DNA of 64,000 nt from an uncultured Gemmatimonadaceae bacterium (GCA_963740355.1 CAVUDW010000003.1:1984001-2048000); one strand, 5' to 3'; counted from the stretch's first letter, positions 48,963 to 60,800 are shown. Numbers and translations are program-made. Notes: a model not told the origin generated them from the sequence alone.

Positions 48963-50648
48963 ATGATTGCGGCCGATTCGTCACTCGACACACTACGCGA
49001 CGCCCTACGGGGCCGGTTCGCCATCGACAGGCTGCTGGGGCGTGGAGGCATGGGTGCGGTCTACCTCGCACGCGACATCGAGCTCGATCGTTCGGTGGCG
49101 ATCAAGGTGTTGCCGCAGGAGTTCGCGACAGTACCTGACTTGCGTGAACGCTTCCTGCGCGAGACGCGAACCGCCGCCAGTTTTTCGCACCCGAATATCG
49201 TGCCGGTCTTCGGCATCGAGGATCGCCCGGGACTTTTGGCGTTCGCGATGGGGTATGTCGAGGGTGAGAGCGTCGCGGATCGCGTGAAGCGCAGCGGCCC
49301 AATGAGCGTGAAGGAGATCGTGCGGCTGTTGCAGGATGTCGGCTACGCGCTGGCCTATGCTCACGGGCGCGGTGTCGTGCATCGCGACATCAAGCCCGAT
49401 AACATCATGCTCGAGCGCGCCACTGGCCGCGCGTTGCTGATGGACTTCGGTATCTCACGAACGATCACCACGCAGACTGTCGTGCAAGGATTGACGCGGG
49501 TCGGCGAGGTAGTTGGCACACCGGAGTTCATGAGCCCTGAACAGGCGGCGGGCGACGAACTGAGTGGACGCAGCGACCTGTACTCACTCGGGCTTGTGGC
49601 GTGGTTCGCGGCGACGGGCAAACTGGCCATCAGCGGCGAGAGCACACAGAAGATCATCGTTCGACAGATCACCGAGACGATTCCACCGATTGGCGAGCAG
49701 CGCGCCGACCTGCCAGCGCCCTTGGCCGCGGCAATCGACCGCTGCTTACGCAAGGATCCGGATGAGCGCTTCGCCAGCGCGGAAGCGCTGGTCGATACGC
49801 TCGACGCGGCGCAGGTCGTTGCGCCGGAGGTGCCACTGCCGATCCGGGTCTTCGGCGAGGAGGCAGCGACTGCAGGACTGGTGCTGTTGGGCGGCACGGT
49901 GATAGGCGTGCTTTTCTACTTTTTCCTGACCGCCAGGTTTCAGTGGGACCTGGAAGTCATCCTGCCGGTCGTGTTGTTCGGCGCCGTGGTCTGGGCGCGA
50001 CTGGCGCAGACGGTCCAGATGGCGCGGCGTCTCGCGCTGCGCGGATTCGGCGTGGCAGAGGTCCAGCGCGGGTTGGCCACGATACTCGACGACCACGATG
50101 CCGACCGGGCACAGTTGCGCGCGGATGCGACAATAGTTGCGCGTCGTCGCAAGCAGATCGGGATCCTGGCCGTGCTGCTTGCGAGCACGTGGATCATGGA
50201 GTGGTACGTGCGCAGTTTCCAGCGTACGCTGATCGAACCCGGGGTATTCCGGGTGTCGCGTCCCGGCGTGGTGATGCTCTACTCTGCCAATATCACGCGC
50301 GGGATGGCGATCGTCGGCTTGGTACGCAGCCCGCTGCGTCGGTCCATCGGCGAGCGGATCTTTCGTCTCTTCTGGCTTGGCTGGCCTGGTCGCCTGGTGC
50401 TGCAGTTGTCGCGGCGCGGCGTGCCTTCCGTGCGATCGGGCGGTGTCACGTTGCCGCGTGCGCTGACGCCGGCGCTCGCGAGTCCTGCCGTGATTGCGTC
50501 AAACAGTTTGATCAGACCGACTGGATCGGCCGAGCCCAACGCCGAAATTGCGCCGGTGCGAGAGGGAACGACGATCGAGTCGCGTATGACCGATCTCGAG
50601 ACGCGGGTTCATGTACTCGAGCAGCAGAATCGCGCCATCGAAGGTTGA
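48963..50648 (+). CDS. Hanks-type Ser/Thr protein kinase with multi-TM C-terminus
   Basis: LGRGGMGAVY, VAIKVL, HRDIKPDN, DFG, GTPEFMSPEQ, SDLYSLG; several TM helices and a terminal coiled coil. Confidence 0.92.
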   Translation: MIAADSSLDTLRDALRGRFAIDRLLGRGGMGAVYLARDIELDRSVAIKVLPQEFATVPDLRERFLRETRTAASFSHPNIVPVFGIEDRPGLLAFAMGYVEGESVADRVKRSGPMSVKEIVRLLQDVGYALAYAHGRGVVHRDIKPDNIMLERATGRALLMDFGISRTITTQTVVQGLTRVGEVVGTPEFMSPEQAAGDELSGRSDLYSLGLVAWFAATGKLAISGESTQKIIVRQITETIPPIGEQRADLPAPLAAAIDRCLRKDPDERFASAEALVDTLDAAQVVAPEVPLPIRVFGEEAATAGLVLLGGTVIGVLFYFFLTARFQWDLEVILPVVLFGAVVWARLAQTVQMARRLALRGFGVAEVQRGLATILDDHDADRAQLRADATIVARRRKQIGILAVLLASTWIMEWYVRSFQRTLIEPGVFRVSRPGVVMLYSANITRGMAIVGLVRSPLRRSIGERIFRLFWLGWPGRLVLQLSRRGVPSVRSGGVTLPRALTPALASPAVIASNSLIRPTGSAEPNAEIAPVREGTTIESRMTDLETRVHVLEQQNRAIEG

Positions 50649-50787
50649 CCCGATGCGCCGGCGCGAGGGCTGCTGGTCAATGAGAGCCATCGCGTTGAGA
50701 CATGCGATCCGTTGCGTCGGTCGGCGTCCGCTCAGCTGAAGCGTCGACCCACAGGTGGCGTCTACCGTCTCGAGGATGGACGCCCCT

Positions 50788-51240
50788 TCACCGCCCAGCC
50801 GCCGGAAACTTCGTCTTGAACGTGAACGCCGCCGGCGACGGCCCCTCGGCTCTCAACAGCTCCAGCCGCTCCAACCCCTCCTCGATCGTCGGGATGTGAC
50901 CGAACGGGATCCACCACAACACCAGCGTCGCGTCGCCCATCCGCTCGAACCATTCGCGACGCCGTGACATCACCGCGGCGTGCGCGGTGCGGTATGTGAA
51001 GTCGTGTAACGCGGGAATATTCTCCCACACCGAAAAATTGACGATCACGCGATCGTCGTCGAATGGACGGAGCTCGGTGGCGTCACCCTCGTCGGTCTGC
51101 AGCCGCCAGACGAAGCCCGGCGCATCATCAGCCAGGGCATTGATCACGTCCAGCTGTGCGACGAAGTCCGCCACTTCAGGTGAGTCGAGCGGCGCCAGCA
51201 ACCGGCCAACGTTCAACTGCGCGATGTGGTGCGAAGGCAT
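50788..51240 (-). CDS. DUF3291-domain protein
   Basis: HIAQLNVG..INALADDAPGFVWRL..NFSVWE..LWWIPFGHIPT..GPSPAAFTF. Confidence 0.85.
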   Translation of the reverse strand: MPSHHIAQLNVGRLLAPLDSPEVADFVAQLDVINALADDAPGFVWRLQTDEGDATELRPFDDDRVIVNFSVWENIPALHDFTYRTAHAAVMSRRREWFERMGDATLVLWWIPFGHIPTIEEGLERLELLRAEGPSPAAFTFKTKFPAAGR

Positions 51241-51330
51241 GATCGAGGGATGCGGGACAGGAGCGTCGATCGCGTCTCAGCGCGGGCCCCGCGCGGAATC
51301 CCGCGCAGAGAGCTTCAACTGGTCACCGGA

Positions 51331-51945
51331 TCACGGCTTCGTCAACCTCGCGATCTGCCGATCCTGCCACCGCGCAAAGAGCACCATCGCCACCACGGCG
51401 CCCAGGAACGCCATGCCCATGTCGCTCTGGGTGTCCCACGGGTCGCCCTGTGTGCCAAGGAACGCGTCGGCTCCCTGCCCGAGCGCGACGGCTGCACCCC
51501 ACTCGATCAGCTCGTAGATCAGGCTCACCGATAGCGCGATGGCCACGGCCAGCACCGCTGGCCAACGCCCGGGCCGCACGATCCCCTGGCGGATGAAGAT
51601 CTCCCGCGCCACCAGCGCCGGCACGAACCCCTGTGCGAAGTGCCCCAGCTTGTCGTACGGATTGCGCGACAGGTGAAACGCGTCCTGCACCCAGAAACCG
51701 AGCGGCACACGGGCGTAGGTGTACGCGCCTCCGACCAGCAGGATCACGGCGTGGCAGGCGATCAGCACATAGAGGAGCGAAGTGAGCGGGAACGACTTCC
51801 GCGTCAGCCAGAGCACAGGCGCCGCGATGAAGATCGGCGCGACCTCCATGTACCAGGTCGAGCGTTCGTACGGTTGGAGGCCCGACACGACGAGCAATCC
51901 CAGCACCGCCAGGCCAAGCCAAAGCAGCCATTTCCGATCATTCAT
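51331..51945 (-). CDS. DUF2238 (YjdF-like) membrane protein
   Basis: GGAYTYARVPLG, RNPYDKLGHFAQG, YELIEW, FLGTQGDPWDTQSDM. Confidence 0.9.
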   Translation of the reverse strand: MNDRKWLLWLGLAVLGLLVVSGLQPYERSTWYMEVAPIFIAAPVLWLTRKSFPLTSLLYVLIACHAVILLVGGAYTYARVPLGFWVQDAFHLSRNPYDKLGHFAQGFVPALVAREIFIRQGIVRPGRWPAVLAVAIALSVSLIYELIEWGAAVALGQGADAFLGTQGDPWDTQSDMGMAFLGAVVAMVLFARWQDRQIARLTKP

Positions 51946-52065
51946 GCGGTTTGGCACTTGGGTGTGAATCGTTCACGACGTGGTCTGCGCCTCGCACACC
52001 GGAACGACGGCGGAGGGACGCATCCGTCACGGCGTGTTGCTACAGGTCGATCGACGGACGGCGGC

Positions 52066-52629
52066 TTACTGGACCAGTGAGGTGGACGGCCAGAGGCGAT
52101 CTCGTCGCGCCAGCGCTTCGAGGATTCGCAGCGCCGTTCCCAGGTTCGGATTCCAGCTGGTCTCGAAGAATGTGCGCCAGTGCCACAGGCCAAACGCGAT
52201 CCCCTGTGTCTCGGCCGACGACAGCCCGGCGCGCAAATCCTGGTGGATTGCGGCCAACGCCTGAGCCAACGACACCGGAATCACCTCCGGCGTCGACTCC
52301 GTCAGCACCGCGATGTCGAATGACTCATCATCGCGACCGAGCTGTTTCGCCAGCGACCGGCGCAACGCCTCGCGCTGCTCCAGGGTGATCAACGGTCGAC
52401 GTCCGCTGCCGTCGGGAATCGGCACATTCTCTTCGACCTCGTCACCCTCCGCCGGCATCAAGGCATCCCGATCCGGCAGCTCCAGCACCGCGGCGTAGAG
52501 GCGCACCAGATGGCGATGCACGCGCACGATCAGCCCACGTGCACTGATCGCATCATGCGCATCGAGCAAATCGCAAAACTGCTCGGCCTCAGCCATGAAG
52601 GCGAGCAGGCGCGGATCGATGATGGGCAT
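52066..52629 (-). CDS. DUF5063-like hypothetical protein
   Basis: AEQFCDLLD..LYAAVLELP..SLAQALAAIHQDL..LWHWRTFFETSW pattern. Confidence 0.6.
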   Translation of the reverse strand: MPIIDPRLLAFMAEAEQFCDLLDAHDAISARGLIVRVHRHLVRLYAAVLELPDRDALMPAEGDEVEENVPIPDGSGRRPLITLEQREALRRSLAKQLGRDDESFDIAVLTESTPEVIPVSLAQALAAIHQDLRAGLSSAETQGIAFGLWHWRTFFETSWNPNLGTALRILEALARRDRLWPSTSLVQ

Positions 52630-52981
52630 CGCTGAATGGGGAGTGTGAGAAGTCGGCCAGTTCTATCGGAACAATACAGCTGCCAACCAAATGATATCGG
52701 CGCCAGAGTTCTTGACAGGCGAGGGTAACGCCACTGACGCCCACACCTTTCGGAACCGTGACGCAGGCGACGCGTTTTTGTTGAACTCAACGGTGCGACC
52801 TGAAAGAGGTCAAACACATTTCGAGTTGACAAGAGCCGAATACAGTTTAGCAATTCTATGTGTTTAAACGAGGTCTGAGAGACCGTCATTCGGCTTGAAG
52901 AATTTCGCCAATCTCGCCTCTGCCAGACATTTCGCCACGGCATCCAACCTATTACGTCTCCATTCGCCGCACCAAATCGTA

Positions 52982-53386
52982 ATGCCCAACGTGCTCCTGA
53001 ATCGGAATCGCTGGTTGGTCGGATTCGCTGTCCTGCTTGTTGCAGGACAGCAGGCGAAGGCGCAATCAATTGCGCAGGCTGGCGGAAGCGTCGTCAGACG
53101 GAGCGCTACGGAGCCGCCGCAGAGAGAGTTTCTGGAGCTTCGGGGAGCATCCAGAACCGTCGCGGCCGGCTCGCGGCCACCGACGTTCATCGTTGACACG
53201 GCAGTCGTTTCTAGCCGCGGAACCTACGCTGGCTTTGGTGCAATCGCGGGCGCACTGGCCGGAGGTATTCTCATGGCGACGAAATGCAGTCGAGACGATT
53301 GCTACGTGCCGTTGGTGCCCATCGCTGTCGGTGGAGCCGCCGGCGGCGCGCTCGGAGCGCTGATCGGACTGTTCATCGACAGGTAG
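52982..53386 (+). CDS. Small exported protein with C-terminal glycine-zipper helices
   Basis: Signal peptide ending AKA-Q; GAIAGALAGG...C....C...GGAAGGALGALIG. Confidence 0.6.
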   Translation: MPNVLLNRNRWLVGFAVLLVAGQQAKAQSIAQAGGSVVRRSATEPPQREFLELRGASRTVAAGSRPPTFIVDTAVVSSRGTYAGFGAIAGALAGGILMATKCSRDDCYVPLVPIAVGGAAGGALGALIGLFIDR

Positions 53387-53415
53387 GCGAAAACGACACG
53401 CAGACTGAAGTCCCT

Positions 53416-53448
53416 GGCGCCAAGGCAGACTGTCCCCGCCTTGGCGCC
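53416..53448. terminator. Intergenic hairpin between convergent genes (loop resembles a REP core)
   Basis: GGCGCCAAGGC-AGACTGTCCCC-GCCTTGGCGCC. Confidence 0.45.
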
Positions 53449-53523
53449 CTTCGCGGCGGCGCCTACTTACACACGAAGTGGGCGCCACGGAGAGAGAGGG
53501 GGTAGATCAGGCGCAGGCGGCTC

Positions 53524-55341
53524 TCAGCCGTGAATCAACGCGTCCGGTTCCAACTGCTCGACTACGACAGGAGCCGCCGGCTCCACCACCACCGACACCT
53601 CCAGCGTCTCCGATCCACCACCGACATAGATCGTCCCCGACGTCGGCGTGGCATCGACATAGTTGCGACCCACAGCCACCCGAACATGATCGGTCTGCGT
53701 CAGGATGCCATTGGTGGGATCGAACCCCTTCCAGCCCACTTCAGGCAGGTACACCTGCACCCACGCGTGTGATGCTTCGGACTGCCGATGATTCTCGTGC
53801 TTCGGTCCCGTGTACACATAGCCGCACACATATCGCGCCGGCACACCGAGCAGCCGCGCAAGACAGATGAACAGGTTCGTGAAATCCTGGCACACACCAT
53901 ATCGATTGACGTAGACCTCGAACGGCGTCGTCGTCACCGTCGTCGTGCCCTGCCGATACGCGTACTCGCGGAAGATCGAGCTGTTGATGTCGAGCAGCGT
54001 CTCCAACAGGTCGGAGTCGTTGCGCTTCACGAAGCTCATGGCGTAGTCGAGTAACTCGTCGAGCTGGCTTTCCGGCAGCTCCGGCGGCAACAGGAACGGT
54101 TCGAGGATCTGCCTCTGCCACGGCATCCAGACCAGCGGAATCGACGACCGAACACGCAACGGCCGGAATGACAGCGGATCGGAATCGAGCAACTCGACCG
54201 TCGCCCGTGATTCGATCGCCAGTTCGGTGTAGGGCCGCTCGATCAGCAGCCGCTGCGCGCGATTCCCGAACACATCCTCGTACTCGCGACTTTGCACCGT
54301 GGTGAGCGGCTGTCCATCCACCGTGATCGTGACTTCGTGCTTCAGCACATGCTGCAAGTGATCATGCACCGGCACCAGTCGCAGGTTGTGTGTACTCCGC
54401 TCGACCGCGCGCTTGTAGCGATACACCGTGCGATGGCTGACCTCGAGCTGGCGCGACGGCGACGCGATCGGATGAGGAATGACGGTGGTGGCCACCATGC
54501 CGGTGATGACAGCATCGGGAGCCGTGACCGTGCCCGGGACTGCGGCAGGCGCCACTTCCACACGCACCGCACCCTGCCGGATGATCAGCAGGTGTCCCGG
54601 CGCGACCAGGCGCCACTTCGCATCGGGCATACCTTCCACATCGAGCGGGTCCGACGAGATCACGACGCCCTTCCGACTCTTCGCGCCACGCTGCGTCAGG
54701 TCAACCGTCAGGTCTTCGTCGCCGAACTTGAGCTTTGCGTACGGCGGCACGATCTCCCACACGAACACATTGCCGACACTGAGATTGTCGGCGTACACCA
54801 TCAGGTCGCGACCATCGCTGATGCAGGTGGTCATCGACCCTTGCCGATTCAGCTCCGCAAACCAACCGCGCAACACTTCGGGATCGGCGTCACCGAGGCT
54901 CTTCCAGCCGCGATCAGCGATGCGCTCCAGCAACTCGCAGAAAATCTGCTCGGTATCGGTCGAACCCACAGCTTCGAAGCGTGCGCCAGCGCGCGGTTCG
55001 AGTCGGCCAGTGAGGCTGCCACCATGCGCGATCAACCAGTCGCGTCCTCCCCAACTACGCGAGAAGGGCTGGGTGTTGGCATCGGTGACCGGTCCCCAGG
55101 TCGCGACGCGAATGTGCAGCACGAACAGCGACGACTCGAGATGCTCCCACGCCTTGATCAGCTCACTGCGAATGCTGCCATGCGGCGGCGTCGGCTCCTT
55201 CAGCACGGCCGCCGACGGCCCGCCGCCGGGGTAATAGCCAATGCCCCAGCCATCGGGGGGCCGACGACCGGGACGCAAGCAGTGCAAATCGAACGACGGT
55301 GCGAAGTCGCCTTCAAACGACATCGCGAGGTATTTCGGCAT
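53524..55341 (-). CDS. Fusion of a degenerate class II glutamine amidotransferase (YafJ/EgtC-like) domain and a transglutaminase (Bact_transglu_N + core)
   Basis: TAATG overlap with the alpha-E gene places the start at [41 protein letters not shown]; then VSHRTVYRY, DVFGN, GVCQDF, SHAW, GFDPTN, GRNYVDATP. Confidence 0.88.
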   Translation of the reverse strand: MPKYLAMSFEGDFAPSFDLHCLRPGRRPPDGWGIGYYPGGGPSAAVLKEPTPPHGSIRSELIKAWEHLESSLFVLHIRVATWGPVTDANTQPFSRSWGGRDWLIAHGGSLTGRLEPRAGARFEAVGSTDTEQIFCELLERIADRGWKSLGDADPEVLRGWFAELNRQGSMTTCISDGRDLMVYADNLSVGNVFVWEIVPPYAKLKFGDEDLTVDLTQRGAKSRKGVVISSDPLDVEGMPDAKWRLVAPGHLLIIRQGAVRVEVAPAAVPGTVTAPDAVITGMVATTVIPHPIASPSRQLEVSHRTVYRYKRAVERSTHNLRLVPVHDHLQHVLKHEVTITVDGQPLTTVQSREYEDVFGNRAQRLLIERPYTELAIESRATVELLDSDPLSFRPLRVRSSIPLVWMPWQRQILEPFLLPPELPESQLDELLDYAMSFVKRNDSDLLETLLDINSSIFREYAYRQGTTTVTTTPFEVYVNRYGVCQDFTNLFICLARLLGVPARYVCGYVYTGPKHENHRQSEASHAWVQVYLPEVGWKGFDPTNGILTQTDHVRVAVGRNYVDATPTSGTIYVGGGSETLEVSVVVEPAAPVVVEQLEPDALIHG

Positions 55342-56327
55342 TACTGCGCAGACTCCATCGCGGGGGCCGAGGTCTGGCCGAAGAGTTCTCGACTCAGCCC
55401 CGTGCAAATCGCCGCGATCTCGTCGACGACATGCGTGAGCAAGGCATGAATATCGCCACCCGTGCCCTCCGCCGCACGTTCCGTCACCCAACGGTCGAGT
55501 GCGTGCAGTCGCTCGTACGTCGATCCACCGGGCAGATCAGCCTGCTCCGGGGGACGGATCACCGAGAACCGACACCACGCCTCGTGCACGCTGTACGCAA
55601 TGGATTTCGGGAAGATCGGCTCGAACAGCAGAAACGCCGCCACCGCAACACCGGTGACGCGCCCACGATTCCGTTTCGAGAACGGCTCATACGCCGAACA
55701 GACCCGCAGCAGCGACAACCAGAGCGCCGTCTCGACGACCTGATGCGTCCGCTCCCGGAGCATCAGCGCGTGGTGATGTACATCCACCACCCGCGCGGTC
55801 TGTGACCCGCGCTCGAGCAGCATGCCGAGCCAGACGAAGTTGAGCGGCAACTCATGCAGCATCGTCGAGCGTAGCAGGCCCGAGATCAGCTGGCAGCCCT
55901 GACGCAAGCGCTTGTAGAACGAGTACCGCGCATTGTGGTACTCGGTGCGCGCGAGATCACTGCCAAGCCAGAGGTACATCTCGTTCACCGCTTCCCAGAC
56001 CTCGAGGCTGATCACCTCACGAATCGACCTGGCATTCTCTCGCGCGGCGGCCACCGAGCTCTGGATCGACGACAGGTTGTCGGTATCCCAGCTCATGTAG
56101 TCCTCGACGCGCTTGCCGATGATCTCGTTCGGCACATCCTCGCCGAACTTCTCGATGAATCGCGACTCCTCACCGCTCACGATCACCACCGGCAACCAGC
56201 ATTGGCGCGGCTCGAGCGCGCCGTCCAGCGAGAGGTTGCGTGTGATGTAGAGCAACCGAGCCGTGGCTTCGGTGCGCTCGAGATACCGTCCGAACCAGAA
56301 GCAGCAATCCGCGACACGTGAGATCAT
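55341..56327 (-). CDS. Alpha-E domain protein
   Basis: [59 protein letters not shown] overlap with the upstream gene. Confidence 0.92.
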   Translation of the reverse strand: MISRVADCCFWFGRYLERTEATARLLYITRNLSLDGALEPRQCWLPVVIVSGEESRFIEKFGEDVPNEIIGKRVEDYMSWDTDNLSSIQSSVAAARENARSIREVISLEVWEAVNEMYLWLGSDLARTEYHNARYSFYKRLRQGCQLISGLLRSTMLHELPLNFVWLGMLLERGSQTARVVDVHHHALMLRERTHQVVETALWLSLLRVCSAYEPFSKRNRGRVTGVAVAAFLLFEPIFPKSIAYSVHEAWCRFSVIRPPEQADLPGGSTYERLHALDRWVTERAAEGTGGDIHALLTHVVDEIAAICTGLSRELFGQTSAPAMESAQ

Positions 56328-57787
56328 GACACCACCTTCTGCACCCAGGTGTCCTTCGACCCGCCGCCCTGCGACGAGTTGACGACGTACGACCCCGGTA
56401 CCAACGCCACGCGCGTCAGTCCGCCAGGAAGCACCCACGGCCCTTCCTTGCTGGTCAGGATATACGGCCGCAGATCCACCCGCCTCGGTTCCATGCACCG
56501 GCGCTCGGCGTCCCACGTCGGGCAGGTGGAGAGCTCGATGCGTGGCTGCGCGATGTACTTCCTCGGATCAGCCTCGATGCGCTTCCGGAAGACTTCGAGC
56601 TCCGCCTTTGATGCCTGCGGTCCCATGAGCATGCCGTATCCTCCCGATTCGTCCACCGCCTTCACTACCAGCTCCGACAGATGCTCCACGACATACCGAC
56701 GATCGGCATCGCGAAGGCAGACGTAGGTCGGTACCTGATCCAGCAGCGGCGCCTCTGACAGGTAGTACTGGATCATGTCAGGCACGAAGGGATAGATCGC
56801 CTTGTCATCCGCCACGCCATTCCCGGGCGCGTTGGCCAGCGTCACGTTGCCGGCAGCCCAGGCACGCATCAAGCCGGGAACGCCGAGCAGTGAATCGGGG
56901 CGAAAGACCTCGGGATCGAGAAACAGTTCGTCCGTTCGTCGATAAATCACATCGACCGGCCTGGGCCCGCGCGTGGTTCGCATGAACACCCGGTCATTCT
57001 CGACGAACAGGTCCGGCGCCTCCACCAGTTCGATGCCCATCTGCCGCGCGAGGAAGCTGTGCTCGAAGTACGCGGAGTTGTACGAACCAGGTGTCAGCAC
57101 CACGACGCACGATTCATCGGGATCGCGCGGCGACACCGACCGCAGCGTTTCGCCGAGTCGCGATGCGTAGTGATCGACGCCGTGCACCGACGCTTGCTCG
57201 AACAGTCGCGGGAAGATGCGCTTGGTGGCCTGCCGATTCTCGACCACGTACGACACCCCCGACGGCGTTCGCACGTTGTCTTCCAGCACACGGAATGCCC
57301 CTTCGGGATCGCGAATGAGGTCGATGCCAGAGATGTGCACGCGCACACCGCCGGCCGGCTTCACTCCCTTGATCGCGGGCAGATACTGTTGCGCGCCGAG
57401 TACCAGCTCGGTGGGAATCACCCCATCGCGCAGGATCTTCTGCTCCCCGTACACGTCGTCGAGGAACGCGCTCAGCGCACGCACGCGTTGCGTCAGCCCG
57501 AGTTCGAGCTTCGTCCAGTCACGCGCGGCGACGATGCGTGGCACGAGGTCGAAGGGAAAGACCTTTTCCGTGCCACGATTGTCGGCGTACACGGAAAATG
57601 TCACGCCCTGATTCAGCAGCGCCATTTCGGCCAGTGCCTGCGACCGCGCAAATTCGTCCGGGGTGGACGCGCCGAGTGCGGTGAGCACGCGCTGAAACCC
57701 TTCGCGAGGCTGCCCCGATGCCTCGAACAACTCGTCGTACGTGCCCGCGTGTGTCTTGTACCGCTCGAACAGACTGGTCATCGGCAT
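56324..57787 (-). CDS. Circularly permuted type 2 ATP-grasp protein
   Basis: [80 protein letters not shown]. Confidence 0.95.
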   Translation of the reverse strand: MPMTSLFERYKTHAGTYDELFEASGQPREGFQRVLTALGASTPDEFARSQALAEMALLNQGVTFSVYADNRGTEKVFPFDLVPRIVAARDWTKLELGLTQRVRALSAFLDDVYGEQKILRDGVIPTELVLGAQQYLPAIKGVKPAGGVRVHISGIDLIRDPEGAFRVLEDNVRTPSGVSYVVENRQATKRIFPRLFEQASVHGVDHYASRLGETLRSVSPRDPDESCVVVLTPGSYNSAYFEHSFLARQMGIELVEAPDLFVENDRVFMRTTRGPRPVDVIYRRTDELFLDPEVFRPDSLLGVPGLMRAWAAGNVTLANAPGNGVADDKAIYPFVPDMIQYYLSEAPLLDQVPTYVCLRDADRRYVVEHLSELVVKAVDESGGYGMLMGPQASKAELEVFRKRIEADPRKYIAQPRIELSTCPTWDAERRCMEPRRVDLRPYILTSKEGPWVLPGGLTRVALVPGSYVVNSSQGGGSKDTWVQKVVS

Positions 57788-57855
57788 CACACTCTTGCGG
57801 GTAGGCGGGAGAGGAGCGGCAAACGTTTCGGTCGGTGCAGCGACTGCGATTGCCG

Positions 57856-60800
57856 CTACACCAGCGGCGCGTCAGGTGGTGGTGGCGGACGATCGATGTT
57901 GAAGCGTCGCAGGTCCAACGTGTACGGTGCGTCATCATGCGCACTGACCACGCGCGCATTCACCGGCGCACGCAGGGGCTCGGCGCGCGTGAACCGCTGC
58001 GCTCGACGAGCAGCGGCTTCCATGCGCGTCAGCGGCGCCAACTCGAACCCACGCCCTTCCGGATGCCAGACGTGATAGGCGCAGGCGCCGAGTGATCGCT
58101 TCGACCAGCTGTCGACGATGTCGATCCGGATCGGGTGATGAATGCCAAGATGCGCATGCAGGCTGTGGGGCGGCGCCCAGGCGCGGAAGCGCACACCACC
58201 GACGCGCTCCCCCGCCGTGCCAGAGGCGCGCATCGGCAGTTGATGGCCATTCACCAGCACCAGATGACGTTCCGGGACGGCGCCCGTCAGCCGCACCTCG
58301 ATCCGTTCCATCGACGAATCGACGTAGCGCGACGTGCCCGACGGCGTCGACTCTTCACCAAGCACCATCCACGGCTCGATGGCGTTGCGCACTTCGAGCG
58401 TGACTTCACCGGATTCCATCGTCCCCACCAACGGGCAGCGCAAATCGACGAAGGGCGTGTATGCCGCTGCAGGTAGCGGGAAACCCTTCGCGTCGAGGAA
58501 TTCCAGCACATCTTCGAAGTCGCGCCAGAGGTACGTCGGCAGCAGGAAACGGTCGTGCAGCGTCTGGCCCCACCGAACCAGCGGCGCCTTGTACTGTTCG
58601 TTCGAGAAACAGGCCAGCAGTGACCGCACCAGCAGCGCCTGCGCCGTGATCATGCGCGGGTGCGATGGCATCTCGAAGGCGCGCAGTTCGACGATGCCCT
58701 GTCGGCCGAACGGCGTCCCCGGATCGTACAACTTGTCGATCGAGACTTCCGCGCGGTGGGTGTTGCCTGCCACGTCCACCAGCAGGTGCCGGAACAACAG
58801 GTCGGTCAGCCACGGCGGCGACGGCTGTGTGCGATCGTGCGCACGCTCGAGAGCGATCTCCATTTCATACAGCGCATCGTGCCGCGCCTCATCGATGCGC
58901 GGCGCTTCCGATGTCGGGCCGACGAAGAGCCCCGAAAACATGTACGACAGCGACGGATGATGCTGCAGGAAGGTGAGCAGGCTCGCCAGCAGGTCGGGAC
59001 GCTGCAGGAATGGGCTCTGCAGCGGTTCAGGACCACCGAACGTGACGTGATTGCCACCGCCGCTGCCGGCCATGCGCCCATCGAGCAGGTACTTCTCGCT
59101 GTGCAAGCCGGCGTGCAGCGCAACGTCGAACACGGCGTCCACTAGCTCCGCATGCTGGCGCACTGTGGTCACCGGCGGCAACGCCACTTCCAGCACGCCA
59201 GGATCAGGCGTGACGCAGAACTTCTTCAGCTCCGGTGTCGAGACCGGCGGATACCCTTCCAGCGCCACCGACATCGAAAGCGTCTGCGCCGTCTCGTCGA
59301 CGATCGCCAGCAGCGCGAGAAAATCGTCCGCCGATTCGAGCGGCGGGAAGAACACACGCACCGCACCGTCGCGCTCTTCGACGCAGAGTGCCGTGCCAAT
59401 CGCGGCGCCGAGCACACTGGTCCCCTGCGCCTGCAGCAACGCCGCTGGTGTGGCGCTGCGCGACTGCACCAACCGCTGCAGCATCGCCGTCATCGTCTCG
59501 CGCTGCTTGGCCTCATGCGCGCGCAATGCTTCCGTGCGCGGATCGGGCGGAGTGACGACCGGCTCCACCGGCGACGCGACGTAGCCACCGCCAAGCGACT
59601 TGAGCGGAAGCCGCAAGCCCATCGGACCGTCACCCGGGATCAGGTACAACTCGCCACGTCGGAACGTCCACCGATCACTGAGCCACTGGCCATCGAATCG
59701 CGTCAGCGGCAACACGAAACCAGCTTCGGTACTCAAGCCGCGATCGAGCAGTCGCGCCAGGCGACGGCGTTCCTCTGGATCATCGAGCTTCGCCGTGCGT
59801 GGATCGATATCCACCGGCAGGCTGGCCTCGTCCTGCAAGGCCCGCCACGGATCTTCGAACGCCGGGATGACGTAGTCTGACAGATCGAGCTTTTTCGCGA
59901 GTGCAGCAGCGAATCGAGCCGCGTGGTGCGGCGTCGCGCCCTTCGTCTCGACCAATGTCTTGCCATGCCAGATCGGCTTGCCGTCGGTCCGGCCAATGAT
60001 GTCGAGCGCCCATCGCGGAAGGCTCTCACCGGGATAGTGCTTGCCGACGCGCTCCATCACGATGCCGCCAGGCGCCAGTCGATGCGCCAGGCCCGCTGCG
60101 AACCGTCGCCCGATGCGCGTCTTGTGCGGGCCAAGCGCGTCGCCGTTCCACTCCGGGGCGTCCGGATAGTCGCGACCGTTGAAGGTTGGCTCGCCGCCCA
60201 TCGTCATCGACAATCCAGCCTGCAGCAACGCGGCGTCGGCACGATCACCGGCGTCGAGCAGCGCTTCCCAGACCTCTTCCTCATACGGACGCGTCGGATG
60301 CGCTTCATGCTCCAGACGCTGGATCTTCATGCTGAACAACACACTCTCGGCGGTCGTGTCGCTGGTGCCTTCGACCGGCGCCGCCAACGGCGGAGATGCA
60401 GTGCAGGCGAGCGGGATATGGCCTTCACCGCACAACAATCCGCTCGTGGCATCGAGCCCGATCCAGCCGCCACCGGGCACATACACTTCGGCCCACGCAT
60501 GCAGGTCGACCACGTCGGTCGCCACACCTTTCTTCTCACCGGGGATCATTCCGTCATCGGTGAGTTGGATCAGGTAGCCGCTCACGAATCGCGCAGCCAA
60601 GCCGCGCGAACGCAGTGCCGCGATCAGCAGCACCGCCGAGTCACGACAGCTGCCACGACCAGCGGCAAGCGTCTGCTCAGGCGTCCAGATGCCCGCTTCC
60701 TCGCGAATCACGTACTTGGTGACCTTGTTCACCGCTTCGTTCAGCTTCACGATCAGCTGCACCGTGTCGCCATCGCGCGGCAAGGTGTCAAGAAACTCCT

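Noticed and set aside
55342..55491. Upstream start giving the GATase domain an N-terminal Cys (…GVCAV-MPKY)
   Set aside because: That stretch lies inside the alpha-E coding region, the Cys would not be residue 2 from the listed start, and the TAATG overlap supports the start at 55341.
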